A DNA stretch of 64,000 nucleotides from an uncultured Chroococcidiopsis sp. (GTDB lineage Bacteria; Cyanobacteriota; Cyanobacteriia; Cyanobacteriales; Chroococcidiopsidaceae), in assembly GCA_964248365.1 (NCBI GenBank), contig CAXTYC010000008.1, positions 64,001 to 128,000 of the forward strand. Direction: 5' to 3'. Each line of letters begins with the position of its first letter. Within the stretch, counting starts at the first letter, position 1. This document shows positions 32,187-41,596 of this stretch, one piece after another. The notes under the pieces were generated by a model. The model did not search any database. It saw nothing but the letters and a program-made list of their open reading frames with translations, and was not told the origin of the DNA. Position numbers and translations under genes: made by a program.

Positions 32187-33204
32187 TTTCTCCCCCTACT
32201 ACATCAACAGGTACTCCTTCCTGGCTTGAGAGTATCTGATCTGGTTCCTTACTTGAACCATATAAGTGGGCAAATCTTCTCATTAGCCACATTGTTTCAT
32301 GATTGTTCGTTTTACTTAAATTGACTATACGGTCTATATTTCTTTGGGCTAGTTTACGTAAATAAGGCAAATCTTCAAATAGTGTCAAACTAGAGGCGAA
32401 ATGCAAGATTAATTTCAGTAACGGCTTGGGCCACTTCAGATTACTGTAAATATCTATAAATAACTTATGTTCATTGTTATTTATAGGAAAGGCATTGAAT
32501 AATACAGTTATATGTTTGTTGTTATAAACCGGAATAACTAATTCAACAGTATAGGGAGTATGCAATATTAATTGCACTTCAACCGTTGGTTTCCTCCAAA
32601 TTCTAAGAGGATTGATCGGCGAATCTAAAACTGTTTGAAACTTAATTATCCCACCGCTTGTTGTAGGCTGAAAATTGCTGACTTTGATTACTCTTAGATT
32701 GTTGAGACTAAAAGCGTGAATTGTTTCTAAATGTTTTAAGTTCAAGAGATGATAGATTTGGCAGAGATAGGGAAAAGGCAAAATATATTCCTGCCTAATC
32801 ATATGTTGCTCTTGCAACTGAAGCATTCTATTTGCAACTATTCCTTTATATACTTCAAGCTGGTAAGGTTCTACATCGAATTGGTAGCTTGTTGTACCTT
32901 CGTCTGCACTATTCAAGCTCAGTTCTGGCTTTAAATAAATCCAACTCAAAAAGAAGAAACTCGCCGTAAATAGTTGTACAAGTTCTAGGGTAGATAAATA
33001 GCCATCAGCAAATGAAGCAAGTGTTCTATCGGTAATTCCAAACAACCAAGATGGAAGCCCAAAGAACCAAATACCATTTCTTAAATTGTATACAAACAGA
33101 GAAATTTCTCTAGTTTGTTCGTTTTTTATGACTTCACAGTCATTAATTGCAAATATATCGTTAGACATAGAAATTAGTAATTGTTCGCTTACTTGTACTT
33201 GCAC
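32173..33204 (-). CDS. Hypothetical membrane-associated protein
   Basis: 343-aa ORF, two hydrophobic N-terminal segments; start uncertain. Confidence 0.65.
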   Translation of the reverse strand: MQVQVSEQLLISMSNDIFAINDCEVIKNEQTREISLFVYNLRNGIWFFGLPSWLFGITDRTLASFADGYLSTLELVQLFTASFFFLSWIYLKPELSLNSADEGTTSYQFDVEPYQLEVYKGIVANRMLQLQEQHMIRQEYILPFPYLCQIYHLLNLKHLETIHAFSLNNLRVIKVSNFQPTTSGGIIKFQTVLDSPINPLRIWRKPTVEVQLILHTPYTVELVIPVYNNKHITVLFNAFPINNNEHKLFIDIYSNLKWPKPLLKLILHFASSLTLFEDLPYLRKLAQRNIDRIVNLSKTNNHETMWLMRRFAHLYGSSKEPDQILSSQEGVPVDVVGGEIIDC

Positions 33205-33541
33205 AAGTCATCATCCAAGTTACCAAACGTTAAATCTGATTGACTTAGAAGTTTATTTGTGCATAAAGCTAAGGTAACAATTATAACTTTTCTTGCCTTC
33301 TACCACAAGTAGGGGCTGACCTTCTATCCAAATGATGAGGTACTGGCTCTAGGTAAAGCTCAATGTATTTTTATATACAAATAGACAAGTTTATTCAAAC
33401 ACTCTGGCACTTACTCACTAGCATTTGGGTTTACATTTCGTCTAATTCGAGAAAGCGATACCTACGGCTGCTGATTTGTGTGCAGTAAAAAATCAGTCTT
33501 AAGACATATTTTTTAAGAAAGGCATTGTGCAATATTTTGAC

Positions 33542-33602
33542 GTATGCCACCCATGCCCACCTTACTTTTTGATCGAGTAGGGTGCGTTAATAACGCACCC
33601 TA
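33542..33602. repeat. GTAG-type REP-like palindromes
   Basis: GTATGCCACCCATGCCCACCTTAC (near reverse complement of 48332-48355) and GTAGGGTGCGTTAATAACGCACCCTA; relatives at ~24281, 35578, 45628, 53228. Confidence 0.7.
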
Positions 33603-33850
33603 ATATTTGATTATTTAAAATTATCTTTTTGATTACTCTATAAATTAATTACCAGGCTGAGTCTGGTAACGAAAGCTGCTCTTTTAATTACCTAAATATC
33701 AGATATTCAACCGAAAAATTTAGAGATTTCACAACCTGTACAACACTAGGAATAGTATTTTGTGTAAAATTACACCCCAAGATTGATTTTCAAAAAGAAG
33801 TAGATAACCGGACAATACAGATATACGCATTTTCTACTTAACTAACTTAT

Positions 33851-35503
33851 ATGGCAGCTTTAATTGAGTTTAATTTATTTGCCCCTTATAACAAAGGAGC
33901 AAAATTAATTGGATCTTTTTCTAACTGGGAAGAAATCCCAATGGAAAAAGGTAAAGATGGTTATTTTCGGACTAAAGTTGAACTGGAAGATGGCGTTTAT
34001 CAATATAAATTCCGTGTTCAATCAAAATCTTGGTTCTTTGAACCAGACCAATGGGTAGACGTTGTAGATCCCTATGCAACAGACATTGATAACCCTACTC
34101 AAAATGGCGTAGTGCGGATCAAAGATGGTGAAAGAATTGTCGATACTTATGTTTGGCAACATGATGACAAACCATTGCCACCAGACAACGAATTAGTGAT
34201 ATATGAACTGCACGTAGGTGACTTCTCTGGTGGTGAAGACGATCCAGATGGTCATGGTAAATATAAAGATGCTGTCGCAAAATTAGATTACTTGTGCGAA
34301 CTGGGTATCAATGCAATTGAATTGATGCCAGTAAAAGAATATCCAGGCGATTATAGTTGGGGATATAACCCGCGCTATTTTTTTGCAACTGAATCTAGTT
34401 ATGGCACAACTGAAGAGTTAAAAAATTTAATAGATGAATGCCATGCTAGAGGCATTCGCGTGATTATGGACGGAATTTATAATCATTCAGAAGCATCTAG
34501 TCCACTCACGCAGATTGACCATGACTACTGGTATCACCATTCTCCACGCGATCCTGATAATAACTGGGGACCAGAGTTTAACTATGAATTCTACGACGAA
34601 AATTTGAAGACATTCCCAGCACGGCGTTTTATTGGTGATACTGTTCGCTTCTGGATTCAAGAATATCACATTGACGGTATTCGCTTCGACGCTGCACGGC
34701 AAATAGCTAACTACGACTTCATGCACTGGATAGTTCAGGAAGCGAAAAACACTGCCAGTATGAAGCCTTTCTATACCATTGCCGAATATATTCCTGAGAC
34801 ACCTAGCATCACCAATGCAGACGGTCCTATGGATGGTTGCTGGCACGAGAGTTTCTATCACTGCATTCGAGAACATATATGTGGTGACACTTTCGATTTA
34901 GAACGTCTCAAAAATGTCATCGACTGTAAGCGTCAAGGCTTCATGGGTGCAACTAATGTGGTCAATTACCTAACAAATCATGACCACAATCATCTTATGG
35001 TAGAGTTGGGCGATCGCGGTATTTTTGACGAAGAAGCCTTCAGACGCATTAAATTGGGTGCTGCCATCCTAATGACGGCAGTTGGTGTACCCTTAATATG
35101 GATGGGTGAAGAGTTTGGCGAATACAGACGCAAAACATCTGATTCATCTAAAATTGATTGGAAATTGCTAGGCAACAACTTAAATCACGGCTTGCTTGAA
35201 TACTACAAAGGTTTGGTTAACCTGCGTGAACACAATCATGCCCTTTATACAGAAAACATTGACTTCATCCATGAAAATCCAGAAGCCAAAGTACTAGCAT
35301 ACAGCCGTTGGAATGATCAAGGTTCCCGAATCGTTGTCGTGGCAAATTTCTCAGATAATTTCCTAGCTGGATATCTAGTTCCTAATTTCCCCGCACATGG
35401 TATCTGGCACGAGTGGACAGGTAATTATAACGTCGAATCTGGGGAACACGACATTATGCTTGACCTAGGTCCTCACGAAGCCAAAGTCTTTGTTTGGCAG
35501 TAA
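33851..35503 (+). CDS. GH13 alpha-amylase family glycoside hydrolase with CBM48 (TreZ/GlgB-like), paralog 1
   Basis: IYELHVGDF, AIELMP, WGY, DGIRFDA, IAEY, NHD catalytic motifs. Confidence 0.92.
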   Translation: MAALIEFNLFAPYNKGAKLIGSFSNWEEIPMEKGKDGYFRTKVELEDGVYQYKFRVQSKSWFFEPDQWVDVVDPYATDIDNPTQNGVVRIKDGERIVDTYVWQHDDKPLPPDNELVIYELHVGDFSGGEDDPDGHGKYKDAVAKLDYLCELGINAIELMPVKEYPGDYSWGYNPRYFFATESSYGTTEELKNLIDECHARGIRVIMDGIYNHSEASSPLTQIDHDYWYHHSPRDPDNNWGPEFNYEFYDENLKTFPARRFIGDTVRFWIQEYHIDGIRFDAARQIANYDFMHWIVQEAKNTASMKPFYTIAEYIPETPSITNADGPMDGCWHESFYHCIREHICGDTFDLERLKNVIDCKRQGFMGATNVVNYLTNHDHNHLMVELGDRGIFDEEAFRRIKLGAAILMTAVGVPLIWMGEEFGEYRRKTSDSSKIDWKLLGNNLNHGLLEYYKGLVNLREHNHALYTENIDFIHENPEAKVLAYSRWNDQGSRIVVVANFSDNFLAGYLVPNFPAHGIWHEWTGNYNVESGEHDIMLDLGPHEAKVFVWQ

Positions 35504-35601
35504 AGACAGAGTGTAAGGTGGGCAATGTGGAGATGATGGCATCATGATTGATATTGGTTTTCACCAATAGACATATTGTAAGGTGGGCAATGCCCACCCT
35601 A

Positions 35602-35871
35602 CTATTTTGGTTTTTCCATCCGAAACAGGAAAATCATCAAGGCAACTACTCCCACCTGGAGGGCAAAGTTAGGTAGGGCGCTAGCTACTTCACGTCCGGC
35701 GGCTAACTGGGTTAAGAAAATGAATGCGCCAATAAAACCAGAGGCTCCGAAAGCAACATAGACAAATTTTCTTAGTCCCTGGTAAGGGGCTGCTGCTTCT
35801 GCTTTCAATCGGGCATATTGTTCAGGTGTGAAACGCTTATCGCTGCGATTTTTTGAATTTTGCTTTATCAT
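35602..35871 (-). CDS. DUF3493 (LPA1-like) protein
   Basis: RLKAEAAAPYQGLRKFVY plus two TM helices. Confidence 0.8.
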   Translation of the reverse strand: MIKQNSKNRSDKRFTPEQYARLKAEAAAPYQGLRKFVYVAFGASGFIGAFIFLTQLAAGREVASALPNFALQVGVVALMIFLFRMEKPK

Positions 35872-35906
35872 AGAACTCTTAGATGGTATGATTATAGATT
35901 GGCAGT

Positions 35907-35978
35907 GCCGATGTGGCTCAGTGGTAGAGCAATTGATTCGTAATCAATAGGTCGCGGGTTCAAATCCCGCCATCGGCT
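35907..35978 (+). tRNA. trnT: tRNA-Thr(CGT)
   Basis: GCCGATG/CATCGGC acceptor stem, anticodon arm ATTGA-TTCGTAA-TCAAT, GGTTCAAATCC T-loop; no encoded CCA. Confidence 0.96.
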
Positions 35979-36211
35979 TTTTCAAAACCGTTACTGGGTC
36001 TAGACTTTTAAGTATTGCTCAATTTAGCAGGGAGTAGGGAGTAGGAAAAGACAGCGAGGCAACAATTGATTCATAGTAAATTGAGTTGTCCTAATCTATT
36101 TACTCACTGCTATATTTCTAGTTCCCCCGCTGAGGCTCTAGCGAGGTCAACTCGTTACCCAGCTAGTGCCTGGTAACGAGTATTTGGATGCAGAGCATCG
36201 GGCAGATGGAA

Positions 36212-38122
36212 TTACAAAATTGTCGGGATTTCCTTCAAATAAACTCGACTAAAGGGTTCAGTCGCTCCCAATTCGTACTGTTCGATCAAACCCTCGCGGC
36301 GAATTGAAGCATTATGTCCCTGCTTAATTACGACGGTAGAGCGATCGAAAATGTCCCGCGCTAGCATCATTTCGTTCTCTGTGGGATGATCTAGAACTAC
36401 CATATTGCTACCGTAGTAAAACATCCCCTGCTGTTCCAGAACATCTTCCCTGTATTCGACAATTAATAAATCAAGTTTAGGATTACGCAGTAAGTTTTGC
36501 ACATTGGTGTTGTAATCCTTCTTCATCACTTTCTGTGAGCGGTTGAGAAATACTGCATCACGACAAACAGCACCAATTGTCCAGTGGGGATGCTGGAAAA
36601 GAATTTGGTCAATTGTTTCTTCGAGTTCTTCAACTGAGACTCGGTTGAAAGTAATAATTGGTATCCTTGCTTGTTCCCCTGAATCAAAAAAGGTTTCTAA
36701 GATCCGCGCAGGTACATCAACGCTTTCACCAACAGCAGGATTAAGATGCATAAAAATGCCTGGAGCGGCATTAATTTCAAGGATACTAAAGTTACCAGAT
36801 TTCCATGATGTTGCCAGGTCTGGGGCAATTACATCAATTCCCAGGCAAGTAAGACGAAAATGTTGAGCAATGTCTTGCGCCAAGATAATGTTATCAGGAT
36901 GAACTGTCGGCGTTGCATCTATACTCACTCCGCCAGCAGAAAGATTGGCTACTTTGCGTAGATACACAGTACGCCCCTCTTCCAGTACGCTGTCTAATGA
37001 CAAGCCTTGTTCTTCTAGATACATATCCATTGCTTCGTCCACCTGGATCTTACTCAGCGGCGAAGTTGGTGTATCCATTCGAGCTGGTAAGCGGTTTTCG
37101 CGCTTGATCAGATCAGCTATAGCACTTTTTCCATCTCCTACAACCGATGCTGGACGGCGTTGGGTAGCAGCAACAAATCTGCCATTGACACATAACAAGC
37201 GAAAATCTGATCCAGAAATACTTTTCTCAACAATTATCCGCGTTGGTTGATCCTCTGGAATTGCTTTGACAGCTCGATTAAAAGCAGATTTTAGTTCCTC
37301 TGCGTCTTGCACATCAGCTGTCACTCCGATGCCTTTGTGTCCTTCCACTGGCTTAACTGCTACAGGATAACCAATGTCTCTTGCTACATCCAAAGCTCCT
37401 TCCCTGGTGGTCACAATATCACCTTGAGGTACTGGAAAGCCAAGGGTATTCAAAAAAGCCTTGCAGTCATCCTTGCGGGTAGTAAAATCTGAATCGAGAT
37501 GACTATCGCCATCAAACGTTGTCGCTACACCACGAACTTGTTTTCTCCCGTAGCCGTATTGCATTAGTCCTTCATCCCACAAATAAAAGGCTGGGATACC
37601 TTTTTGGTAGGCTGTGCGTAACAAAGCATAGACTGTGGGACCGCCATAAACCGATTTGCGAAATAAGTTCTGAAGGTGCTTGATCTGCTCATCCAAGGCG
37701 ATATCAGAGTCTTGGGTAAGAGATTCAAACCAGTCCCAAACTAGGTAAACTATTCCCCGACTTGTCCGTTCGTGGATTGATTCAAAGCTAATTCTGACAA
37801 AATCTGGATAAGGTTTTACACTCCAACGGTGGAAGTGCAAACCCATGTCCAGCTTGCCTACTTCTGATACTGTACGCGCAAATAAATCGGCATGGGTAGA
37901 GTATTTTTCATCGCGGATATGAGGATAGCGATCGCCAATCTTCTCTATATATTCGTCGATGGGCAGAGGCTGCCTATACCCAGTTAGAGAAAAATCAAAT
38001 GTACAAGCCGCCGTCTCTAAATAGGGGTTTGGACCAATGTAATGTCTGAAGTTGAATATATCGAATACATCGGTTTTTCTAGCGTTAACGCGAACGACAT
38101 CGGTGCTTGTGTCAATAACCAT
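36212..38122 (-). CDS. cphA2: Cyanophycin synthetase CphA2 (beta-Asp-Arg dipeptide polymerase)
   Basis: 636 aa; ATP-grasp (VKPVEGHKGIGV, ANLSAGG, LEINAAPG) with truncated Mur-like C-terminus; divergent from cyanophycinase. Confidence 0.9.
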   Translation of the reverse strand: MVIDTSTDVVRVNARKTDVFDIFNFRHYIGPNPYLETAACTFDFSLTGYRQPLPIDEYIEKIGDRYPHIRDEKYSTHADLFARTVSEVGKLDMGLHFHRWSVKPYPDFVRISFESIHERTSRGIVYLVWDWFESLTQDSDIALDEQIKHLQNLFRKSVYGGPTVYALLRTAYQKGIPAFYLWDEGLMQYGYGRKQVRGVATTFDGDSHLDSDFTTRKDDCKAFLNTLGFPVPQGDIVTTREGALDVARDIGYPVAVKPVEGHKGIGVTADVQDAEELKSAFNRAVKAIPEDQPTRIIVEKSISGSDFRLLCVNGRFVAATQRRPASVVGDGKSAIADLIKRENRLPARMDTPTSPLSKIQVDEAMDMYLEEQGLSLDSVLEEGRTVYLRKVANLSAGGVSIDATPTVHPDNIILAQDIAQHFRLTCLGIDVIAPDLATSWKSGNFSILEINAAPGIFMHLNPAVGESVDVPARILETFFDSGEQARIPIITFNRVSVEELEETIDQILFQHPHWTIGAVCRDAVFLNRSQKVMKKDYNTNVQNLLRNPKLDLLIVEYREDVLEQQGMFYYGSNMVVLDHPTENEMMLARDIFDRSTVVIKQGHNASIRREGLIEQYELGATEPFSRVYLKEIPTIL

Positions 38123-38436
38123 TAATTCTCTCCGTTTGGCGAAAACTTGCTAAAAATTCAGGGCAGCTGTTGAGTCGATCCTAACTTAGCAATTTCTCTG
38201 TGCCAGGAAACGTCTTGAAAGCTCGACAATCATCTATTCGATGTACGGATTTTAGTATAGACGCAAGAGAGCAAAACATCTCAATGGCAATTTAATTTGT
38301 TGCTCAAATAAGAAAAATTATAAAAAATCATATTTTATGACTAATGTATCTTGACAAATTTATAATTATCAGTTTAGTAAGCGTATTCACACTTAATTAA
38401 GTATTATGACCTATTAAATTAGATAGACATATTAAC

Positions 38437-38452
38437 TGTATTACAAAATACA
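38437..38452. promoter_or_regulatory. NtcA-binding site
   Basis: TGTA-TTACAAAA-TACA perfect consensus between cphA2 and the small ORF/cphB2. Confidence 0.7.
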
Positions 38453-38526
38453 ACTTTGGAAGGGTGGCAATAGGCGGGCAAGTTTCATATAAATAAAGAA
38501 TAAAAAACTTTTGGGATCAGCAGCAT

Positions 38527-38715
38527 ATGAATGGCACAATAGCTGATTTGAGACATGAAATTCGGCAACTTGCTGAAGAAGCTTTTCACCGGAAACTTAT
38601 TTCCGGCTATGGCGATGGTCAAAATAACAACGAGTTTCAGGTTGTTTACAACGGCAAACCAAGGCATCTTTCCCTACAAGAGGCATACTCCTTCTTAAAT
38701 AAGTTGCTCAAGTAG
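38527..38715 (+). CDS. Small hypothetical protein in the cph2 cluster
   Basis: 62-aa ORF with protein-like composition, followed by a hairpin at ~38751-38784. Confidence 0.65.
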   Translation: MNGTIADLRHEIRQLAEEAFHRKLISGYGDGQNNNEFQVVYNGKPRHLSLQEAYSFLNKLLK

Positions 38716-39042
38716 CCAAATTGTAAATAGGTAACAAAATTGGAGTATGCTTATGTTTTGAGGAAAACATTGCTCAAAACATAATTAATACTTCCCTAAA
38801 AAAAGCTTCTGATCTATCCCTTGGATTAGGGGTATTTTTTTGACTATACATTATTGAAAAATGCGAAAGTTAGTTAGCAAAAATCACCGTAAAGGATTTA
38901 TTTAATACCAGCAAACATCTTTACTATACTTATTTTTATATTTCTGTATTAAGATCTACCGAATGGATGTTTTGACCAGCCCAATTATGATGTTTTATTG
39001 AAATTGACAGTTTTACTAACTAAAAGCAATAGCAATATACTT

Positions 39043-39876
39043 ATGAGTGAACCACAAGGGCAACTGATGATTATTGGCGGTGCTGAAGACAAGCAGGGAG
39101 ATTGCCAAATCCTACGGGAATTTGTTCGACGCGCTGGGGGAACCAAGGCTCGAATTGTCGTCATGACAGCAGCAACAAGCTTGCCTGAAGAAGTGGGTGA
39201 TAACTATATCAGAGTGTTTGAGCGACTCGGAGCTGAGGATGTTCGAGTCGTTGATACCAAAGAGCGGAGAGATTCAGAAGATTCCAGAGCCATAGAAGCA
39301 GTTGAGCAAGCTACTGGCGTATTTTTTACAGGGGGAGATCAAGCTCAAATCATCAGAGCAATGAAGGATACCCCGCTTGATGAAGCTATTCACAGGCGTT
39401 ATCAAGAAGGCATCATAGTGGGAGGCACAAGCGCAGGAGCTGCTATGATGCCAGATATCATGATCGTTGAAGGCGACTCCGAGACGAATCCTCGGTTTGA
39501 CGTTGTAGATATGGGTCCTGGTATGGGCTTTTTACCTGGGATAGTAATTGACCAGCATTTCTCACAGCGCGGACGTTTGGGACGCTTAGTTGCAGCTTTG
39601 GCACAGCAACCTGCTGTTTTAGGATTCGGTATTGACGAGAATACCGCTATCCTAGTGAGAAATAACCAATTTGAAGTGATTGGTGCAGGTGCTGTCACCG
39701 TTGTGGATGAGTCAACGGTTACATATAGCAATGCTGATGAAATCTTAAAGGATGAGCCTTTGGCATTTTGCGGAGCAAGGCTTCATATTTTGCCCAATGG
39801 TTACAAATTTGACATGAAAACCCGCAAGCCTATCATAAATAATGGCACTGTACTAGCTGGTCAAGCAAGCGCCTAA
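39043..39876 (+). CDS. cphB: Cyanophycinase
   Basis: IIGGAEDK, GGTSAGA (Ser), IDQHF (His), GIDEN (Glu). Confidence 0.95.
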   Translation: MSEPQGQLMIIGGAEDKQGDCQILREFVRRAGGTKARIVVMTAATSLPEEVGDNYIRVFERLGAEDVRVVDTKERRDSEDSRAIEAVEQATGVFFTGGDQAQIIRAMKDTPLDEAIHRRYQEGIIVGGTSAGAAMMPDIMIVEGDSETNPRFDVVDMGPGMGFLPGIVIDQHFSQRGRLGRLVAALAQQPAVLGFGIDENTAILVRNNQFEVIGAGAVTVVDESTVTYSNADEILKDEPLAFCGARLHILPNGYKFDMKTRKPIINNGTVLAGQASA

Positions 39877-40360
39877 TTTTTAGTAGCGTCAGCTAGACTT
39901 CAATAAATCTATAAATGTCTATATCCCTCCTAAGCCTTGATTGCAAACCTGTGCTAGGCAACCAGAAAGGTGAATTAAAGGAGGGATTTAATTTATATAT
40001 AGTTTGTGTGTTAATTAAGTAAATTTTAACAGGTGCGTCTGAAAAAAGTCGAAAGTAGTTAATGATACTTCCGTCTAGTTTCATTTCGTTTATTGTTTTA
40101 ATTAACTTGCAGTCAAAAAAGTAGCAGCGATCGCTTGCCAAAATCCAAAACGACCCAGATTTTATCCTGAGCCGCTGTTTAAGTGTGGGTACGATGCGAT
40201 CGCATCGGGAGAAGAAGTGCGATCGCTTACATTTTATCTGTGTGAGGATGTATCAGAGTGAATTCCAGTTCTAAGTGCTTCAACTCATGGTCTGCTGCTC
40301 TTTTTTATGCAGTAATAACCTGCACTTGAGACTTAATAACTTCCTTCACACTATCTTTAA

Positions 40361-41026
40361 TTATTGACCGCTGCCACCACTTGTGCCGCCACTGCCGCCA
40401 GCAGATCCAGATCCGCCAGAACTGCCACCGCCGCCCATTGATCCACCATTCATGCCGCCACTGCCGCTCGGTTTATTAGCGCCTCCTGTAGGACTACCAG
40501 GGTTGGTGGTTGTGCCGCTAATTCCGTTATTGGTCGAACTGCCGCTAGTTCCGGTGCGGTGCTTTTTAGTGCCGCTGTGATGTTTCTTAGTACCAGTTGA
40601 GCTGCTCGTACCAGTTCTGGTTGTACCAGTTCCGGTTGTACCAGTTGAGCTTGTACCACTTCCGGTTGTACCAGTTGAGCTTGTACCACTTCCGGTTGTA
40701 CCAGTTGAGCCTGTACCAGTTGAGCTTGTACCACTTCCGGTTGTACCACTTCCGGTTGTACCAGTTGGGTCGCTCGTACCCATTCCGCCTGTACCACTTC
40801 CGCCTGTACCAGTTCCGGTTGTACCACTTCCGCTTGTGGACGAACCGCTACCCATTGAACCACCGCTACCCGATGACCCACTTCCACTGGAGGACTGAGC
40901 AATCAAAAGCTTAGAATTTGTATTGGGCTGTGCCAATACAGGGAGACTAAGTAAAGCACTAGCGCCTGCAACTCCTGCTAGGCAAGCAAGCTTTTTGAGC
41001 AAATTTTTATTATTGTGTCCGCTCAT
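40361..41026 (-). CDS. Secreted Gly/Ser/Thr-rich low-complexity repeat protein
   Basis: GAGGAG RBS, signal peptide ending VLA-Q, 15-nt tandem repeats. Confidence 0.8.
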   Translation of the reverse strand: MSGHNNKNLLKKLACLAGVAGASALLSLPVLAQPNTNSKLLIAQSSSGSGSSGSGGSMGSGSSTSGSGTTGTGTGGSGTGGMGTSDPTGTTGSGTTGSGTSSTGTGSTGTTGSGTSSTGTTGSGTSSTGTTGTGTTRTGTSSSTGTKKHHSGTKKHRTGTSGSSTNNGISGTTTNPGSPTGGANKPSGSGGMNGGSMGGGGSSGGSGSAGGSGGTSGGSGQ

Positions 41027-41596
41027 TAGATATCTCCTCACTAGTCATACTAAAAGATTTGGGGCTTTTGCACGCATCAGATCAAAATTGGACAAAGTGT
41101 TAGTTACAACCAAAAAAAGAACTGACTAAGCGTATTGTTGAACTTGCTATTCAAGCCCACCGTTTAAAACCTAACTCGCTTGAGTTTCTTACTCGTCTGC
41201 CAAAAGACGTATTTCGCCACAAGCAATCATCCCATAGCAGCTAGGATATTGGCAACAGTTAAACCTAAGAAAGTTGTTTTATATTTCTTTGCCAAGAAAT
41301 AAATAAGACGTTTGCTTTTCCTACCTCAATTAGAGGCTAGACAAAGCAATAATGTTATCTACAAAGCTATTAATTAACCTTTAAAAGAAGATAGCACTGC
41401 CTAAACCAAAGGGCTTGACAGCGATAAAAAGTCTAATTTGATTCTAACAGATTCTTCCAAATTTGAGTAGTAAGTTGTTAGCTCTAATTGCAAATTTGTG
41501 TAATTTTATTTATTTCTTAAGATAGAAGACGAGCTTCCCCATTCATGAAATAATACGGCAAATTTGTTTGTGATTTAGTCTTTTTAATGAGGGAAA

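Noticed and set aside
35907..36211. tRNA-Thr as the integration site of an island
   Set aside because: No integrase, and I found no repeat of the tRNA 3' end downstream in the window
40450..40914. Alternative-frame repeat ORFs (QPEVVQAQLV..., LYHFRLYQLS...)
   Set aside because: Shadows of the 15-nt repeat; only the Gly/Ser/Thr frame has an RBS and signal peptide
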